A stretch of 46,898 nucleotides of DNA from Candidatus Geohabitans tengchongensis (GTDB lineage Bacteria > Sysuimicrobiota > Sysuimicrobiia > Sysuimicrobiales > Humicultoraceae): positions 195,175 through 242,072 of the forward strand of contig JAVKIH010000001.1 in NCBI GenBank assembly GCA_031459625.1, given 5' to 3'. The notes under the pieces were generated by a model. The model made no database searches. It was not told the DNA's origin and saw only the letters and a list, made by a program, of their open reading frames with translations. A program made the position numbers and the translations under genes. The number at the start of each line of letters is the position of its first letter. Within the stretch, counting starts at the first letter, position 1. Positions 9,202-18,496 of this stretch are shown here, one piece after another.

Positions 9202-10230
9202 GGGAGCCTCCGCGGCCCCGCGCATCCCCCACGCTCCTGGCTGTGACCGTGGTGCTGGGTCTGGGCCTGGCACCGCGGCTGGTCCCGCTCTCCTACCTGG
9301 ACGTCGTCGCCACGGCCCTGGTCCTCGCCCCGGCCGTGATGGGTCTCCACCTGCTCCACCGGACGGGTCTCATCTCGTTTGGCCACGGAGCCTTCTTCGG
9401 GCTGGGGGCGTACGCGGGGGGGCTTCCTCTACACGTTCTGGGATGTCACCTCACTCCCGGTGTACCTGGCGGCCGGGGTGGCGGCGGCGTCGGGGCTGGG
9501 GGCCGCCTTCGGGGCGCTGGTGGCGCGCGTCGGCCGGTCCTCCTGCCCGGTCCTGACGCTGGCCCTGGGACAGATCGTGCACGCGCTCTTCGTCAGCGGC
9601 GCGGTGTTTCGGCTCTTTGGCGCGGTGGGACAGGGGTTCTTCCTCGTGGGCACCGGCGGGCTCTTCATCCCACGGTTCCCGCTGGCCGGCCCGGCGCTCC
9701 CCGAACCGGCCTCGACGGTGGCCCTCTACTACACCATCCTCACCGCCGTCGCCGCCACGGGCTGGGTCCTCTGGCGGGTGGACCGCTCGCCGTTTGGTCT
9801 GGCGCTTCGGGCCGTGGGCGCCAATGAGCTGCGGGCGGCGTGCACCGGCGTGCCCGTCCGGCAGTACCGGTGGGCGACCTTCGTCATCTCGGCCGGTGCG
9901 GCAGGCTTGGGAGGCGCCCTCTCCGGCCAGCTCTACCGCCAGATCACCCCGCAGCACCTGAGCTGGCTCTTCTCCGCGCAGCTGGTCTTCCCCCTGATCC
10001 TGGGAGGGACCGCCCGATTCTCCGGTCCCCTGGTGGGTACCGCGGCCTTCGTCGCCCTGCAGGAGGTGGCCCTGCGGACCACTCAGTACCGTGGCTTGGT
10101 CCTGGGCGCCGCGTTCGTGGCGTTGGCCCGCTTCCTGCCGCACGGTCTCACCGGCGTGTGCTCCCGACCGACGCCGGTCACCGGCGGGGAGGGCGCCCGC
10201 CGACCGGACGCCCATGCCGCGGCCCGCTGA
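9198..10230 (+). pseudogene. Branched-chain amino acid ABC permease (LivM-like), frameshifted in a G7 run
   Basis: From GTG 9198 ...TGLISFGHGAFFGLGAYAG, then a frame change at 9416-9422; the other frame continues with LTLALGQ, SPFGLALRAVGANELRA and ILGGTARFSGPLVG. Confidence 0.75.
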
Positions 10231-10272
10231 CTGGGCCCCTGCTCCCGGCGTCCGGGAGGCACCATCCCCGCC

Positions 10273-10301
10273 TTGACGACCTCCCCGGGACCGCCTAAGA
10301 T
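10273..10301 (+). promoter_or_regulatory. Sigma70-type promoter of the oxidase-ZIP-DtxR operon
   Basis: TTGACG (10273-10278), 17 bp spacer, TAAGAT (10296-10301). Confidence 0.75.
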
Positions 10302-10331
10302 TTAGCTCAACCTAATTTAGTCTCGACTAAA
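10301..10331. promoter_or_regulatory. Tandem DtxR/MntR-like operator
   Basis: Perfect TTTAGTC-TC-GACTAAA (10316-10331) preceded by imperfect TTTAGCTCAACCTAAT (10301-10316); AT-rich patch; a DtxR-family gene is in the operon. Confidence 0.75.
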
Positions 10332-10355
10332 CACCACCCGGGAGGCGGTGCCTGC

Positions 10356-11465
10356 ATGACCAGCGAGGGTCCCGAAGCCGACCGCCGGCTCTCCCGTCGG
10401 AACTTCCTCTCCACCGCCGCCGGCCTGCTCGGAGGAGCCGGCCTCCTCTCGTGGGGGTCGAGGCTCCCCGGCCTGGCCGCGGGCCGGGCCAGGGCCGTCA
10501 GGGCACCGTCGCCCCATTCACCGGAGGCCGCACCGGCACACGCCATGCCCGCAGCCTCGCCGCCCACACCGGCCGGCCACGGCCTGGGGGCTGTCGGCGA
10601 GGTCGACGTCAGGAGGATGGGATTCGACCCCTCCGCCTACCTGACGCGCTTCGACTGGGGGCGCGCCCGGCCGCTGGGCGGCGGTGGGAGCCTGCGGGAG
10701 TACCAGGTGGTGGCCTACGACCGGGAGATCGAGATCGCCCCGGGGGTCTTCTTCCCGGCATGGACCTTCAACGGCACCGTTCCCGGACCGACGCTGCGAG
10801 CCCGGGAAGGGGACCGGCTGCGGATTCGCTTCATCAACGCGGGCACGCACCCGCACACGATGCACTTTCACGGGATCCACACGGCCGAGATGGACGGGGT
10901 GCCCGGCATCGGCGCCGGGGAGGTCGCGCCCGGCCGGAGCACGGTGTACGAGTTCCGGGCCGAGCCCTTCGGCCTGCACCTCTACCACTGCCACGCCGTG
11001 CCGCTGAAACGCCACATCCACAAGGGGCTGTACGGGGTCTTCATCATCGACCCCGCGGGCGGCCGCCCGCCGGCGCGCGAGCTGGTGATGGTGCTGAACG
11101 CCTTCGACACCAACTTCGACGGCGAGAACGAGGTCTACGCGGTCAACACGGTGGCGTTCCACTACATGCGCCACCCCATCCGGGTCCGGCGCGGGGAGCT
11201 GGTGCGCATCTACCTGGTGAACATGACGGAGTTTGACCCGATCAACTCCATCCACATCCACGCCAACTTCTTCCACGTCTACCGCACCGGCACGCGCCTG
11301 CGCACCGACGAGTTCACCGACACCATCATGCTGGCCCAGGGCGAACGGGCCATCCTGGAGATGCGCTTCCCCTACCGGGGGCGGTACATGTTCCACGCCC
11401 ACGTCAGCGAGTTCACCGAACTGGGGTGGATGGGGTTCTTCGAGGTGACCGACGATGACCTCTGA
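10356..11465 (+). CDS. Tat-exported two-domain multicopper oxidase
   Basis: SRRNFL twin-arginine signal; HTMHFHG, YHCHAVPLKRHIHKGL, IHIH and FHAH copper motifs. Confidence 0.88.
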   Translation: MTSEGPEADRRLSRRNFLSTAAGLLGGAGLLSWGSRLPGLAAGRARAVRAPSPHSPEAAPAHAMPAASPPTPAGHGLGAVGEVDVRRMGFDPSAYLTRFDWGRARPLGGGGSLREYQVVAYDREIEIAPGVFFPAWTFNGTVPGPTLRAREGDRLRIRFINAGTHPHTMHFHGIHTAEMDGVPGIGAGEVAPGRSTVYEFRAEPFGLHLYHCHAVPLKRHIHKGLYGVFIIDPAGGRPPARELVMVLNAFDTNFDGENEVYAVNTVAFHYMRHPIRVRRGELVRIYLVNMTEFDPINSIHIHANFFHVYRTGTRLRTDEFTDTIMLAQGERAILEMRFPYRGRYMFHAHVSEFTELGWMGFFEVTDDDL

Positions 11466-12654
11466 GCGTGTCTCCGCCCTGCCCGCGGCCCCGTCCCGTC
11501 CCGGCGGCGCGCGGCTGTGGCTCCTGGGGATCTATCCCCTCGCCCTCATCGCCCTGCTGGTCCTCCTCGTCCTGCGCCTGGGCCCGCTGGGCGTCTTCCA
11601 GGCGGCCTTCCCTCCGGTGGAGGACCTGACCATCACCCGCGTCCGCCTGACCCCGGGGCAGTTCCAGGTCCACGTCACCAACGGGGGCGCCGACCCGGTG
11701 ACCATTGCCCAGGTGCTGGTGGACGAGGCGTACTGGGAGCACACGGTCGCCCCGCAGCGCACCATCCCGCGGCTGGGGTCGGCCACCGTCACCATCCCCT
11801 ACCCGTGGGTGGAGGGCGAGGCCCACGAGATCGTGCTGGTCACCGCCACCGGGCTGACCTTCAGCCACACGGTCGAGGTGGCGGCCCCGAGCCCTCAGCC
11901 CACGCGGGCCTTCCTCCTGACCTTCACGCTGCTCGGGGTCTACGTCGGGGTCCTCCCCGTCTTCTTGGGCATGCTCTGGTTCCCGTTCCTGCGGGCGCTG
12001 GGCCGGCGCTGGATCCACTTCTTCCTGGCGCTCACCGCCGGGCTCCTGGTCTTCCTTGGGGTGGACGCGCTGGAGGAAGCCCTGGCGACGGCGGCGGCCC
12101 TCCCCACCGCGTACCACGGCACGGCCCTGGTGGCGGTGGGGACGCTGGGGGCGGTCATGCTGCTGGTGGTGGCGGGCCGGCTGGCCGCCCGCCGCGGTCC
12201 CCGGCCGCTGGTGGTGGCCTACCTGATCGCGCTGGGCATCGGCCTGCACAACCTGGGGGAGGGGCTGGCCATCGGGGCCGCCTTCAACCTGGGCGAGGTG
12301 GCGCTGGGCGCCTTCCTCGTCATCGGCTTCATGCTGCACAACACCACCGAGGGGCTGGGGATCGTCGCCCCGCTGGCGCGCACGCCCCCGGGGGTGGGCC
12401 ACCTGGTCCTGCTGGGGCTGGTGGCAGGCGTGCCGACCATCCAGGGAGCGTGGCTCGGCGGGTTCACCTACTCCCCGGTGCTGGCCGCGCTCTTCCTGGC
12501 GCTGGGGGCGGGGGCGATCTTCCAGGTGGTGTACGAGATCGCCCGCCTCATGGCCGCCGACGCCGCCGAGGGCCTGGCCACGGCGCTCAACGCCGGCGGT
12601 TTCGTGCTCGGGCTGCTGATCATGTACGTGACCGGACTGCTCGTGGCGGTGTGA
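11455..12654 (+). CDS. ZIP-family metal transporter with N-terminal soluble domain
   Basis: GIGLHNLGEGLAIG and LHNTTEG ZIP TM4/TM5 motifs; overlaps the oxidase stop. Confidence 0.88.
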   Translation: MTSERVSALPAAPSRPGGARLWLLGIYPLALIALLVLLVLRLGPLGVFQAAFPPVEDLTITRVRLTPGQFQVHVTNGGADPVTIAQVLVDEAYWEHTVAPQRTIPRLGSATVTIPYPWVEGEAHEIVLVTATGLTFSHTVEVAAPSPQPTRAFLLTFTLLGVYVGVLPVFLGMLWFPFLRALGRRWIHFFLALTAGLLVFLGVDALEEALATAAALPTAYHGTALVAVGTLGAVMLLVVAGRLAARRGPRPLVVAYLIALGIGLHNLGEGLAIGAAFNLGEVALGAFLVIGFMLHNTTEGLGIVAPLARTPPGVGHLVLLGLVAGVPTIQGAWLGGFTYSPVLAALFLALGAGAIFQVVYEIARLMAADAAEGLATALNAGGFVLGLLIMYVTGLLVAV

Positions 12655-12664
12655 GGAAGGGACG

Positions 12665-13327
12665 GTGGACCTGAGCCAGGCCATCCAGGACTACCTCAAG
12701 GGGCTGTACAAGCTGCAGCCGCACTACCCCCAGGGGGTCCCCACCACTGCCCTGGCCCAACGGATGGCGGTGACACCCGCCTCCGCCACCAACATGGTGA
12801 AGCGGCTGGCGCGCCTGGGGCTGGTCGTGCACACGCCCTACCAGGCCGTGACCCTCACCCCGCGCGGCGAGAGGGTGGCCCTCGAGGTCATCCGCCACCA
12901 CCGCCTGCTCGAGCTCTTCCTGCGGGAGCACCTGGGCCTGGCCATCGACCAGGTGCACGACGAGGCCGAGGCCCTGGAGCACGTCCTCTCCGAGGCGGTG
13001 GAGGAGCGCATCGCCGCCCTGCTGGGCGAGCCCGACGCCGACCCGCACGGCGATCCCATCCCCTCCCGGGAAGGATACCTGGCCCACCCGACCTACCCCC
13101 GCCTGGGGGAGCTGGCGGCGGGCCAGGGCGGGGAGGTGGCGCGCGTCAGCGACGAGGACCCCCGGCACCTGCGGGCGCTGGCGGCGCGCGGCCTCGTCCC
13201 GGGCACGCCGGTGCGCGTGGTGGGGCGCGATCGTGCTGGCGGCGTGCGCGTGGAGCTGGGCGGGCGGCGCCGCCGCATCCCCGCGGCGCTGGCCGAGCGC
13301 GTCTTCGTGCTCCCCGCCGCCCCCTGA
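12665..13327 (+). CDS. DtxR/MntR family metal-dependent repressor with FeoA-like C-terminal domain
   Basis: QDYLKGLY, RHHRLLELFL, HDEAEALEH, DPHGDPIP. Confidence 0.93.
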   Translation: MDLSQAIQDYLKGLYKLQPHYPQGVPTTALAQRMAVTPASATNMVKRLARLGLVVHTPYQAVTLTPRGERVALEVIRHHRLLELFLREHLGLAIDQVHDEAEALEHVLSEAVEERIAALLGEPDADPHGDPIPSREGYLAHPTYPRLGELAAGQGGEVARVSDEDPRHLRALAARGLVPGTPVRVVGRDRAGGVRVELGGRRRRIPAALAERVFVLPAAP

Positions 13328-13403
13328 CGCGTCAGGCGGCCCCCGACCGCGCCCCCACGGGCGAGGCGTCCCGAATCGGGGAATAACATCACACGACATG
13401 CCT

Positions 13404-13432
13404 TGGACCTCGGCGGCGGGCCGTGCTATACT
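13404..13432 (+). promoter_or_regulatory. Sigma70-type promoter with extended -10
   Basis: TGGACC (13404-13409), 17 bp spacer, TATACT (13427-13432) preceded by TG-n. Confidence 0.7.
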
Positions 13433-13438
13433 GCGCGG

Positions 13439-13598
13439 CAAAGCTCGAGTGAACTCGCCGTGTCCTCGGATCGTTCTAGCCGTTGAGGCGTTCATGAGAC
13501 TCGCTGACGCACCCTGGAGGACACTCGAGCGGGCGAGACGGGCGCTCGCGCTTCCCTCGTGCGGCCCAGCAGACGTCCGGCTGGGCCGCTGCGCTTTC
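13439..13598 (+). ncRNA. Candidate structured RNA (sRNA or cis-regulatory leader), family unassigned
   Basis: Begins at the predicted TSS; nested stems 13441-51/13543-53, 13454-59/13532-37 and 13460-67/13517-24; then a 10-bp hairpin at 13561-13589. Confidence 0.5.
13561..13598 (+). terminator. Hairpin with weak U-tract (terminator or attenuator) upstream of prkA
   Basis: GCGGCCCAGC-N9-GCTGGGCCGC followed by TGCGCTTTC. Confidence 0.5.
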
Positions 13599-13657
13599 CG
13601 GGGCGTGGCGCCGGGGCGGCGGGGGACGCGGCGGGGGCAGGCAGGACGGTCGTGACC

Positions 13658-15310
13658 ATGCAGACGGTGGGAGAGTACCTGGAGGCGGCGCGGGGGGATC
13701 CCCGCCTGCGGCGGACCACGCACCACTACATTGCCGACATGATCGACTACTTCGGGCCGGAGCGGGTCTTCGAGGGCGTCTTCGGCATGGAGGCCCAGCT
13801 CCAGGACATCGTCGCCTACTTCAAGGCCTACTCGATGTCCATGGAGCGCCGCCTCCTCCTCCTGGTGGGGCCGCAGGGCTCGGGGAAGACCATGACGGTG
13901 GACCGGCTGAAGCGGCGGCTGGAGGAGTACTCGCGGACCGACGCCGGCCTCCTCATGGCCGTGGACGGCTGCCCCTTCCACCAGCACCCCTTCGACCTGG
14001 TCCCCCCCGACGTCCTGGAGGCGGCGGGGATCTACTGGCACGAGGAGGCGGTCCCCTGCCCCATCTGCGACCGCCTGATCGCCCGCTACGGGTGGCGGGG
14101 GGTGCCGGTGCGGCGCATCACCATCTCGGCGCGGGACAAGGTGGGCCTGGCCAAGCACACGCCCACCGACCTGCGGCGCGAGGACATCACCAACTTCGTC
14201 GGCAACATCAACTTCGCCCTGCTGCGGGAGAAGGGCTCCACCTACGACCCGGACGCTTACGACTTCGAGGGGAAGATCATCTGGGCCAACCGGGGCATCC
14301 TGGACTGGACCGAGGTCTTCAAGAGCCGCCGCCAGCTCCTCAGTCTGCTGCTGGAGCTCATCCAGTCCAAGCGCATCGACCTGGCCAACTTCCCCACGGT
14401 GCACGTCGACGAGGTGGTCATCGGCCACACCAACTACCCCGAGTACCAGGTCTTCCTCTCGGAAGACATCATGGAGCCCCTGCGCGGCCGGATCTACAAG
14501 GTGGACTTCCCCTACAACACCGACCTGGCCGGGGAGAAGCGCATCTACGCCGCACTGGTGGAGCGGGCCAACCGGGTGCGCGGCGAGGCCAAGCACGTCA
14601 GCGAGGACGTCCTGGAGCTGGCCGCCCGTTACGCCCTGAAGACCCGCGAGGAGTCCCAGGGGATGCGCGGGCTGTCGCCCCGCTTCTTCGAGGACGCCTT
14701 CTCCTACGCCTACACCCTCTGCGGCTCGTGCCTCGACCTGGACACGCTGGCCACGGCCATCGAGCGCACCTTCCCCCACCAGTCCATGAAGGACATGAAC
14801 CTCAAGGAGCTCCTGCGCCAGTTCGAGGAGACCAAGGTCGAGTTCGTGAACAGCAAGGTGGACATGATCGTCGAGGGGATCGTCCCCAACCACTTCTACG
14901 ACTACGCCCAGAACCTCTACCTGAACTACCTGGACGCCGCCGCCAAGAACGTGCAGGGCGAGGCGCTCACCGAGGGGGAGAAGGAGCTCATCGACGAGGT
15001 GGAGGGCATCATGGTGCAGAAGCGGCAGATCAGCCGCCAGGGGCGCCCCGCCTTCGAGAACGTCCTGCTGGAGCGCCGCGAGGAGCTGCGCCGCATGTCC
15101 TACCGGGAGAACGAGCACCTGCGCCCGGTGATCAACGAGATCGTCTTCAACAAGATCAAGAACCTCCTGCGCCTGTACGAGAAGAGCGAGGAGCTGGACC
15201 GCAAGAGCCAGGAGCTGCTGGACGTCCTCTACCGCACGGCCATCGAGGAGCACGGCTACTGCACCGTCTGCGCCCGCTCCCTCTTCAAGGTGCTGGGGCG
15301 GAGCTTCTGA
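13658..15310 (+). CDS. prkA: PrkA/YeaG family AAA+ ATPase / serine protein kinase
   Basis: Walker A GPQGSGKT, GCPFHQHP, CPIC, ANRGILDWTEVFK, HTN, C-terminal GYCTVCA. Confidence 0.88.
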   Translation: MQTVGEYLEAARGDPRLRRTTHHYIADMIDYFGPERVFEGVFGMEAQLQDIVAYFKAYSMSMERRLLLLVGPQGSGKTMTVDRLKRRLEEYSRTDAGLLMAVDGCPFHQHPFDLVPPDVLEAAGIYWHEEAVPCPICDRLIARYGWRGVPVRRITISARDKVGLAKHTPTDLRREDITNFVGNINFALLREKGSTYDPDAYDFEGKIIWANRGILDWTEVFKSRRQLLSLLLELIQSKRIDLANFPTVHVDEVVIGHTNYPEYQVFLSEDIMEPLRGRIYKVDFPYNTDLAGEKRIYAALVERANRVRGEAKHVSEDVLELAARYALKTREESQGMRGLSPRFFEDAFSYAYTLCGSCLDLDTLATAIERTFPHQSMKDMNLKELLRQFEETKVEFVNSKVDMIVEGIVPNHFYDYAQNLYLNYLDAAAKNVQGEALTEGEKELIDEVEGIMVQKRQISRQGRPAFENVLLERREELRRMSYRENEHLRPVINEIVFNKIKNLLRLYEKSEELDRKSQELLDVLYRTAIEEHGYCTVCARSLFKVLGRSF

Positions 15311-15315
15311 CCGCC

Positions 15316-16503
15316 GTGCTGCGCCTCCACCGCGGGCGGATCGCCCAGCACCGGCACGACGAGCTCCTGCGGGCCTACCTGAAGCAGAACCTCAACGAGC
15401 TCATCCAGCAGAAGGAGCTCATCGTCGACGGCCGGGTGAAGACCCAGATCACCACCCTGGACCTGCCCACCCTGAAGTACGCCGAGGAGACGAGTGTGCT
15501 GGCCCGCGGCGGCCGGGGCGGCGCGGGCCGGGGGGCGGGGGGCGGGGCGGGCCGGGGGAGCGGGGACGAGGAGGTGCAGGTCCTCAGCGGCCTGCTCGGC
15601 GGCGACCACCACGGGCGGGAGCTGCGGGTGGAGCTGGACTTCGACGAGTTCGTGCGCCTGGCCCAGGAGGTCCTGCTGGACCAGGTGGCCCTCCCGGCCT
15701 TCCACGAGCCCCTGCGCGCCGGCGAGGTGGAGGTGGACGAGCCCCCGGAGCTGGACGACCTGGACCGCATCGGCCTGCGCCCCGACCTCAACCTGGAGGA
15801 GACCATGGTGGCCTCGCTCCTGCGCAACGTGCGGGAGCGGCGCACCCTCGACTACGACGTCGACCTGCGGCTGGACGGGTGGTACTTCGTGGAAGACCCC
15901 ACCGTCTTCCAGCACCACCGCTCCCTGGAGGTCTACGTGCTGGATATCTCCGGGTCGATGCGCGGAGAGTACCTCTCGCTGGTGCGCAAGACGATCTTCA
16001 TCCTCTGGTACTACCTGGACCGCCGCTACCCCACCAACCTGCGGCGCTACGTGGTCTTCCAGGACGTGGCCGAGGAGAAGACGCGGGACGAGTTCTTCTG
16101 CGTGGAGTCCAGCGGCGGCACCCACATCTCCTCGGGGTTCGAGAAGGCCATGGAGCTGCTGGAGGGCGTGACGGAGCACGACAAGTTCCTCTTCCTGTTC
16201 ACCGACGGCGAGACGTCCTCGGGGGACTTCGACCTGGCCAAGCGGCGCTACGAGGAGGCGCTGGGGCGCTTCGACCTGGTCTGCTACGGGCACGTCAACC
16301 CCGGGGGGCGGGGCGTGGGCGGCTTCTCCGAGTACGTCCAGGAGGCGGCGCGCCGCCACCCCAACGCCACCTTCGCCAACCTGGTGGACCTGGAGACCAT
16401 CCGTCAGGCCCTGGGGGACTTCCTGAGCTTCTTCCAGGAGGAGCAGAGGACGGGCCGGCTATGGACGCCTACCAGGCGATCATCGCGCGCATCGAGACGC
16501 TAG
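15316..16503 (+). CDS. yeaH: YeaH/YhbH (DUF444) vWA-domain protein
   Basis: GTG 15316; Gly-rich linker, MIDAS-like DISGSM, ESSGGTHISS, FTDGE; lies between prkA and spoVR. Confidence 0.82.
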   Translation: MLRLHRGRIAQHRHDELLRAYLKQNLNELIQQKELIVDGRVKTQITTLDLPTLKYAEETSVLARGGRGGAGRGAGGGAGRGSGDEEVQVLSGLLGGDHHGRELRVELDFDEFVRLAQEVLLDQVALPAFHEPLRAGEVEVDEPPELDDLDRIGLRPDLNLEETMVASLLRNVRERRTLDYDVDLRLDGWYFVEDPTVFQHHRSLEVYVLDISGSMRGEYLSLVRKTIFILWYYLDRRYPTNLRRYVVFQDVAEEKTRDEFFCVESSGGTHISSGFEKAMELLEGVTEHDKFLFLFTDGETSSGDFDLAKRRYEEALGRFDLVCYGHVNPGGRGVGGFSEYVQEAARRHPNATFANLVDLETIRQALGDFLSFFQEEQRTGRLWTPTRRSSRASRR

Positions 16504-17636
16504 CCCGCGCCCGCGGGCTCTCCTTCGACCCGGTCTACTTCCGCATGACGGACAGCGACGAGCTGGCCGAGGTGGCCAGCATGGGGCTGCCCAACCGCTT
16601 CATCCACTGGTACTGGGGCGGGGCCTACAAGGAGCTGGTCACCCAGCAGGGCAAGGAGGTCTTCAGCATCCTGGAGCTGGTGCTGAACACGCGCCCCAGC
16701 CACGCCTTCCTCCGCCAGTCCAACACCTACCTGCAGAACGTCCTGGTCATCGCCCACGTCTTCGGGCACCTGGACTTCTTCAAGAACAACCACTGGTACC
16801 GCAAGTCCAACAAGAACATGCTCAACGAGGCGGAGCTGCACGCCCGCCTCATCCGGCGCTGCGCCGAGCGCTACGGCCGGGAGCGGGTGGAGGGCCTGCT
16901 GGACGCCCTGCTGGCCGTGGCCACCACGGTGAACGCCTTCGAGCGCAACCCGGAGGCGCGGCGGCGGCGGCTGATCTACTACCTGGAGGAGCGGGCCCCG
17001 CTGGAGGAGTGGGAGCGGCACCTGCTGCAGTCGGTGCGCGAGGAGGCCGAGTACTTCGACCTGATCCAGCGCACCCACATCATCAACGAGGGGTGGGCCA
17101 CCTTCGTGGAGGCGGAATTGCTGCGGGAGGTCCTCTCCGCCCGGGACTGGGCGACCATCTCCGTCCAGCTCAGCGCCCGCCCCGCCCCCTACACCATCGG
17201 CTACACCCTCTTCAAGGCCATCCGCGACGGGCGGGTCCCCCAGCGGGTGGGGCAGGGTTTCGCCGCCGCACTGCGCGTGCGCCGCGACTACGACGACATC
17301 CAGCTCATCCAGGACGCCCTCACCGAGGACCTCCTCCACCGGCTCGACCTCTTCGTCTACGACCCCAAGGAGAAGCAGAAGTCCTACAACCTGGAGCGGG
17401 TGCGGGACATGCTCATCGAGCAGAAGCTCTTCAAGGGGGAGCCCCATATCGAGGTGGAGCCGGGGACCCACCAGCGGGACCTGCTGCTGGTGCACCGGGA
17501 CGAGGAGCGCAAGCTCGACCCCAAGCGCATCGCCCAGTTCCTGCGCGCGGTCCACTCGCTGTGGCGCAACCCGGTGAAGCTGCGGGCCAACGGCAAGATC
17601 TACACCTACGACCGCCGCGGCTTCTCGTCTACGTAG
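16461..17636 (+). CDS. spoVR: SpoVR/YcgB family protein
   Basis: ATG 16461; GLPNRFIHWYWG, LELVLNTRP, VIAHVFGHLDFFKNN, IINEGWATF. Confidence 0.9.
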   Translation: MDAYQAIIARIETLARARGLSFDPVYFRMTDSDELAEVASMGLPNRFIHWYWGGAYKELVTQQGKEVFSILELVLNTRPSHAFLRQSNTYLQNVLVIAHVFGHLDFFKNNHWYRKSNKNMLNEAELHARLIRRCAERYGRERVEGLLDALLAVATTVNAFERNPEARRRRLIYYLEERAPLEEWERHLLQSVREEAEYFDLIQRTHIINEGWATFVEAELLREVLSARDWATISVQLSARPAPYTIGYTLFKAIRDGRVPQRVGQGFAAALRVRRDYDDIQLIQDALTEDLLHRLDLFVYDPKEKQKSYNLERVRDMLIEQKLFKGEPHIEVEPGTHQRDLLLVHRDEERKLDPKRIAQFLRAVHSLWRNPVKLRANGKIYTYDRRGFSST

Positions 17637-17752
17637 CCCGTCCCGGACTTGCAGGGCCACCAGTCTTGCGGGCCGCCAGGGCGGGCACGGGCAGGCCGAG
17701 GCCCGGCCGCCTCGGCGAGGAGGGGCGTCGCGGCGGCGCGAAGACCCTCCCC

Positions 17753-18493
17753 GTGGAGCTGGTGGGGAAGGTCGCCCTCGTCACCGGCGCCGCCCACGGG
17801 ATCGGCCGCGCCGTGGCCCAGGTCCTGGCGCGGGAGGGGTGCGCCGTGGCCGTCCACTACCGGACCTCCGCCGCCGAGGCGGAGGCCCTGGCCGCGGCGC
17901 TGCGCGCCGGCGGGCGGCGCGCCCGGGCCATCCGCGCCGACGTCACCGTGGCGGCCGAGGTGGAGGCCCTGGTCGCCGAGGTGGAGGAGACGCTCGGCGG
18001 GCTGGACATCCTGGTGAACAACGCCGGGATCGTCCACCGGGTGGGCTGGGAGGCGCTGGACGAGGCGGCCTGGCGGCGCATGCTCGACGTCAACCTCACC
18101 GGCGCCTTCCTCTGCGCCCGCGCGGCGGTGCCGGCCATGCGCCGGCGGGGCGGCGGCGCCATCGTGAACGTCGCCTCCATGCGCGGCCTCATCGACGGGG
18201 GCGCCCCCCACTACGCCGTGGCCAAGGCCGGGCTGCTGATGCTCACCAAGACCCTGGCCGTGGCCCTGGCCCCGACCATCCGGGTGAACGCCGTCGCCCC
18301 CGGCTACACCGAGACGCGCCAGCAGCACCACCTCACCGTGGCGGAGCGGGAGCAGATCCTGGCCCGCATTCCGCTGGGGCGCTTCGCCGAGCCCGAGGAG
18401 ATCGCGCGCGGGGTGCTCTTCCTGGTCTCGCCGCGGGCCGCCTACATCACCGGCCAGACCCTGGTGATGGACGGCGGGGTGAGCATGTGGTGA
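17753..18493 (+). CDS. Short-chain dehydrogenase/reductase (FabG-like)
   Basis: TGAAHGIG, NNAG, YAVAK, VNAVAPG, ITGQTLVMDGG. Confidence 0.9.
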   Translation: MELVGKVALVTGAAHGIGRAVAQVLAREGCAVAVHYRTSAAEAEALAAALRAGGRRARAIRADVTVAAEVEALVAEVEETLGGLDILVNNAGIVHRVGWEALDEAAWRRMLDVNLTGAFLCARAAVPAMRRRGGGAIVNVASMRGLIDGGAPHYAVAKAGLLMLTKTLAVALAPTIRVNAVAPGYTETRQQHHLTVAEREQILARIPLGRFAEPEEIARGVLFLVSPRAAYITGQTLVMDGGVSMW

Positions 18494-18496
18494 AGG

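Noticed and set aside
3466..9273. 1935-aa ORF as a giant protein
   Set aside because: Only the last 771 aa are FadN; the rest is stop-free off-frame or antisense read-through of the acylase and CDF genes, expected at this GC content.
10356..11465. Copper nitrite reductase NirK
   Set aside because: Has four HxH motifs for a trinuclear cluster and a metal-homeostasis context, which fits a two-domain multicopper oxidase.
13439..13598. SRP RNA or c-di-GMP-I riboswitch
   Set aside because: Lacks the SRP CAGG..GGAA..AGCAG core and the GEMM GAAA tetraloop/GCAAAGC arrangement.
16461..17636. Evidence of sporulation from spoVR/prkA
   Set aside because: The triad is widespread in non-sporulating bacteria and archaea.
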